Shown here in pieces: positions 62,108-64,000 of a stretch of 64,000 bases of DNA; within the stretch, counting starts at the first letter, position 1; the number at the start of each line of letters is the position of its first letter. A model generated the notes under the pieces. It had not been told where the DNA came from. It made no database searches and saw only the letters and a list, made by a program, of their open reading frames with translations. The position numbers and the translations under genes were made by a program. The DNA lies in the NCBI RefSeq assembly GCF_046119375.1, contig NW_027362770.1, forward strand, positions 16,368,001 through 16,432,000, in the 5' to 3' direction. The DNA is from Phyllobates terribilis. Its lineage: Eukaryota.

Positions 62108-64000
62108 ATAAGTGGAAAATGGCCTGCTGCTGGTGGAAAGGGGAATAGGCTTGTTGGGAAGGGGAAAAAAGGTTGTGTCCGTGGGGTAGGTGTTAAAGCA
62201 ACAGTAACATCTGCAGAAGAAAGACCATCTTCCAGCCAAACTAAAATGTCTACTTCTTTTAGCGGATAATGTGATAAGATCCCTTTCTTACGGCCACGCC
62301 AATCGCTACAAATTCCAGATGAGGCACAAACACAGCTGGTGCTTCAACGGATATCAAGTGCTCCTTTAAGTGGGCTCTCCTCCACATCAACTTCAACATC
62401 ACAAATACTCCAGTCCTCAAAGGTGTCACCCCAATCGCACTTGCTTCCTCACAGCTCCCAAATCTCCAGCTGTCCGTCTGAGTATGAGGTAGAACAGATA
62501 GTTGAGTCTGCAGAGCTGTTTACTCATACTATAGCCTGGGAATCAGAAGTCGGCTCCAGCGCTTCTGTGAATCCAGATGATGAAATGATCTGCACTGATG
62601 CCCAGAATCTTTATGAGTCGGACCCAGGACCAGACGCAGAAGGTTCTGACCATAATGTAGACCCTCATTCCCAAACTGTAACTCCTGTTGGTGGAGACAA
62701 TGAGGAAGACGATGATGAGACTCAAATACCTGATTGGAGCGACAACTTTAGTTTTTTGTCAGGGCAGGAAGAGGTTGGCTCTGAGGACGACGGGTGTGAT
62801 AACACACAGGGTGATGATGATAAGGTTGGAGATCCCACTTACTGTCAACCCACAGTCAGCCAAGAGATGAGGTCAGCAGAGGAGGTGGAGGAGGATGCTA
62901 GTGATGACGAGGTCAGGTTGCGCCTTCCTGGACAGAGACGTAGTACTGGAAGCACGTCAACAACTGCATCCTCAAACACAATTCTGCCTCTGACCACAAG
63001 TCGTGGTGGCTCTTCAGGTCGCATGGGTGCTAAGCCTTGCATAGCCTGGGCATTTTTTCAGATCGATAAAGATGACTCAACTCGTGTTATCTGTAACATT
63101 TGTCAACAAAAGCTAAGTAGAAGCCAAAAAATACATAGTTTGAGTACTTCATGCATGAACCGGCACATGGACATGAAGCATAAGTTGCAGTGGGAAGCTC
63201 ACTGTGCTACAATGCGGCATAGCCGGCCGGGCCAACCACCGTCTGCCCCATCTTGTGCATCTGCGGCCTCTTCATCCTCTGTGACTGGGGGGACAGCAGT
63301 CACACCTGTTTTGGGATGCAGACTTGCCACCTCTTTACCCGCAACAGCCAGCGTGATTGGCAGGTCATCATTTTCTTTGGAGGTGGTAACACCAGCTGGT
63401 GTTGAGCTCTGTCCGACATCGATAGCACCACCTTTGGATCAAGGCAATCTAACATGTCCACCTGCATCTTCCTCACAGACCGGCAGTTTGCCGGGGACAC
63501 CCTTATCAACCCTGTCTAAGCACAACAGCCAGCCTTCGGTCCCTCAGATGTGGACAAGTAAAAGACCATTTCCTCCTAGCCATGAGAAAGCTAAGAGGTT
63601 GAATTTCACCATCTGCAAGCTCTTGGCTACAGAAATGCTGCCTTTCCGCCTGGTGGACACAGAGGATTTTCGAGACCTTATGTCCGTCGCAGTGCCCCAG
63701 TACCAGATGCCCAGTCGGCACTACTTCTCAAAGAAAGGTGTGCCTGCGCTCCACCAGCATGTCGCACACAACATCACCGCTTCTTTGAGAAACTCTGTGT
63801 GTGACAGGGTACATTTCACCACAGACACTTGGACGAGTAGGCATGGACAGGGGCGTTACATGTCGGTGACTGGGCACTGGGTAACTATGGTGACAGCAGG
63901 ACAAGGGGCTGCTGTCCAAGTCTTGCCATCCCCACGAGTTGTGCGTCACTCCTCTTTATCTCAAAGTTCCTCCACTGCTTCTGCCTCCTCAACCACCTCT
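62108..64000 (+). pseudogene. hAT transposase with BED zinc finger (start ATG changed to ATA, TAA at 62267-62269, then open to window end)
   Basis: My translation: AWAFF...VICNICQQKLSR...STSCMNRHMDMKH (BED), EMLPFRLVDTEDF, MPSRHYFS, VHFTTDTWTS. Absent from the ORF track, presumably because it has no stop inside the window. Confidence 0.92.

Larger units (their letters stand above)
59801..64000 (+). mobile_element. hAT family 1, copy B (5' part; continues beyond window end)
   Basis: Starts TAGAGATGAGCG at 59801; inverted counterpart of 1-3389. Confidence 0.93.

Overview
Eukaryotic, repeat-saturated window, most likely anuran (frog) genomic DNA. This is inferred from the repeat types: TAG[A/T]GATGAGC-ended hATs, TTAA-ended piggyBac-like elements, CR1 with an (ACTATGTT)n-type tail, L2, and chromodomain Gypsy. 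No intact host gene is recognisable. Left to right it holds: the 5' part of a hAT (minus strand) with a 110-bp internal array; a class I (epsilon/gamma-like) endogenous retrovirus on the minus strand (LTR, Phe-like PBS, ~1.3-kb leader with a candidate accessory membrane-protein ORF, gag-TAG-pol, env cut by the hAT); minisatellites and L2/CR1/hAT fragments; a piggyBac-like element interrupted by a full-length chromodomain Gypsy (TSD ATGTC); nested Harbinger-like MITEs; a candidate host exon pair (31188-31695, minus); a solo LTR; a second full-length chromodomain Gypsy (TSD CTGAC); a complete Tc1 with 259-bp TIRs; a scrambled hAT region with a 4.8-kb 31-bp minisatellite and other arrays; a Penelope-like GIY-YIG fragment; and an inverted second copy of the first hAT family whose transposase runs off the window. 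Most notable: Tf1/sushi-type self-priming signatures in both Gypsy elements, reciprocal LTR deletions in one of them, the pre-gag ORF of the ERV, an 880-bp higher-order repeat and copy-specific homogenisation in hAT arrays, and an unclassified three-copy repeat in permuted order. Identities and copy numbers are by-eye estimates; no searches were run.
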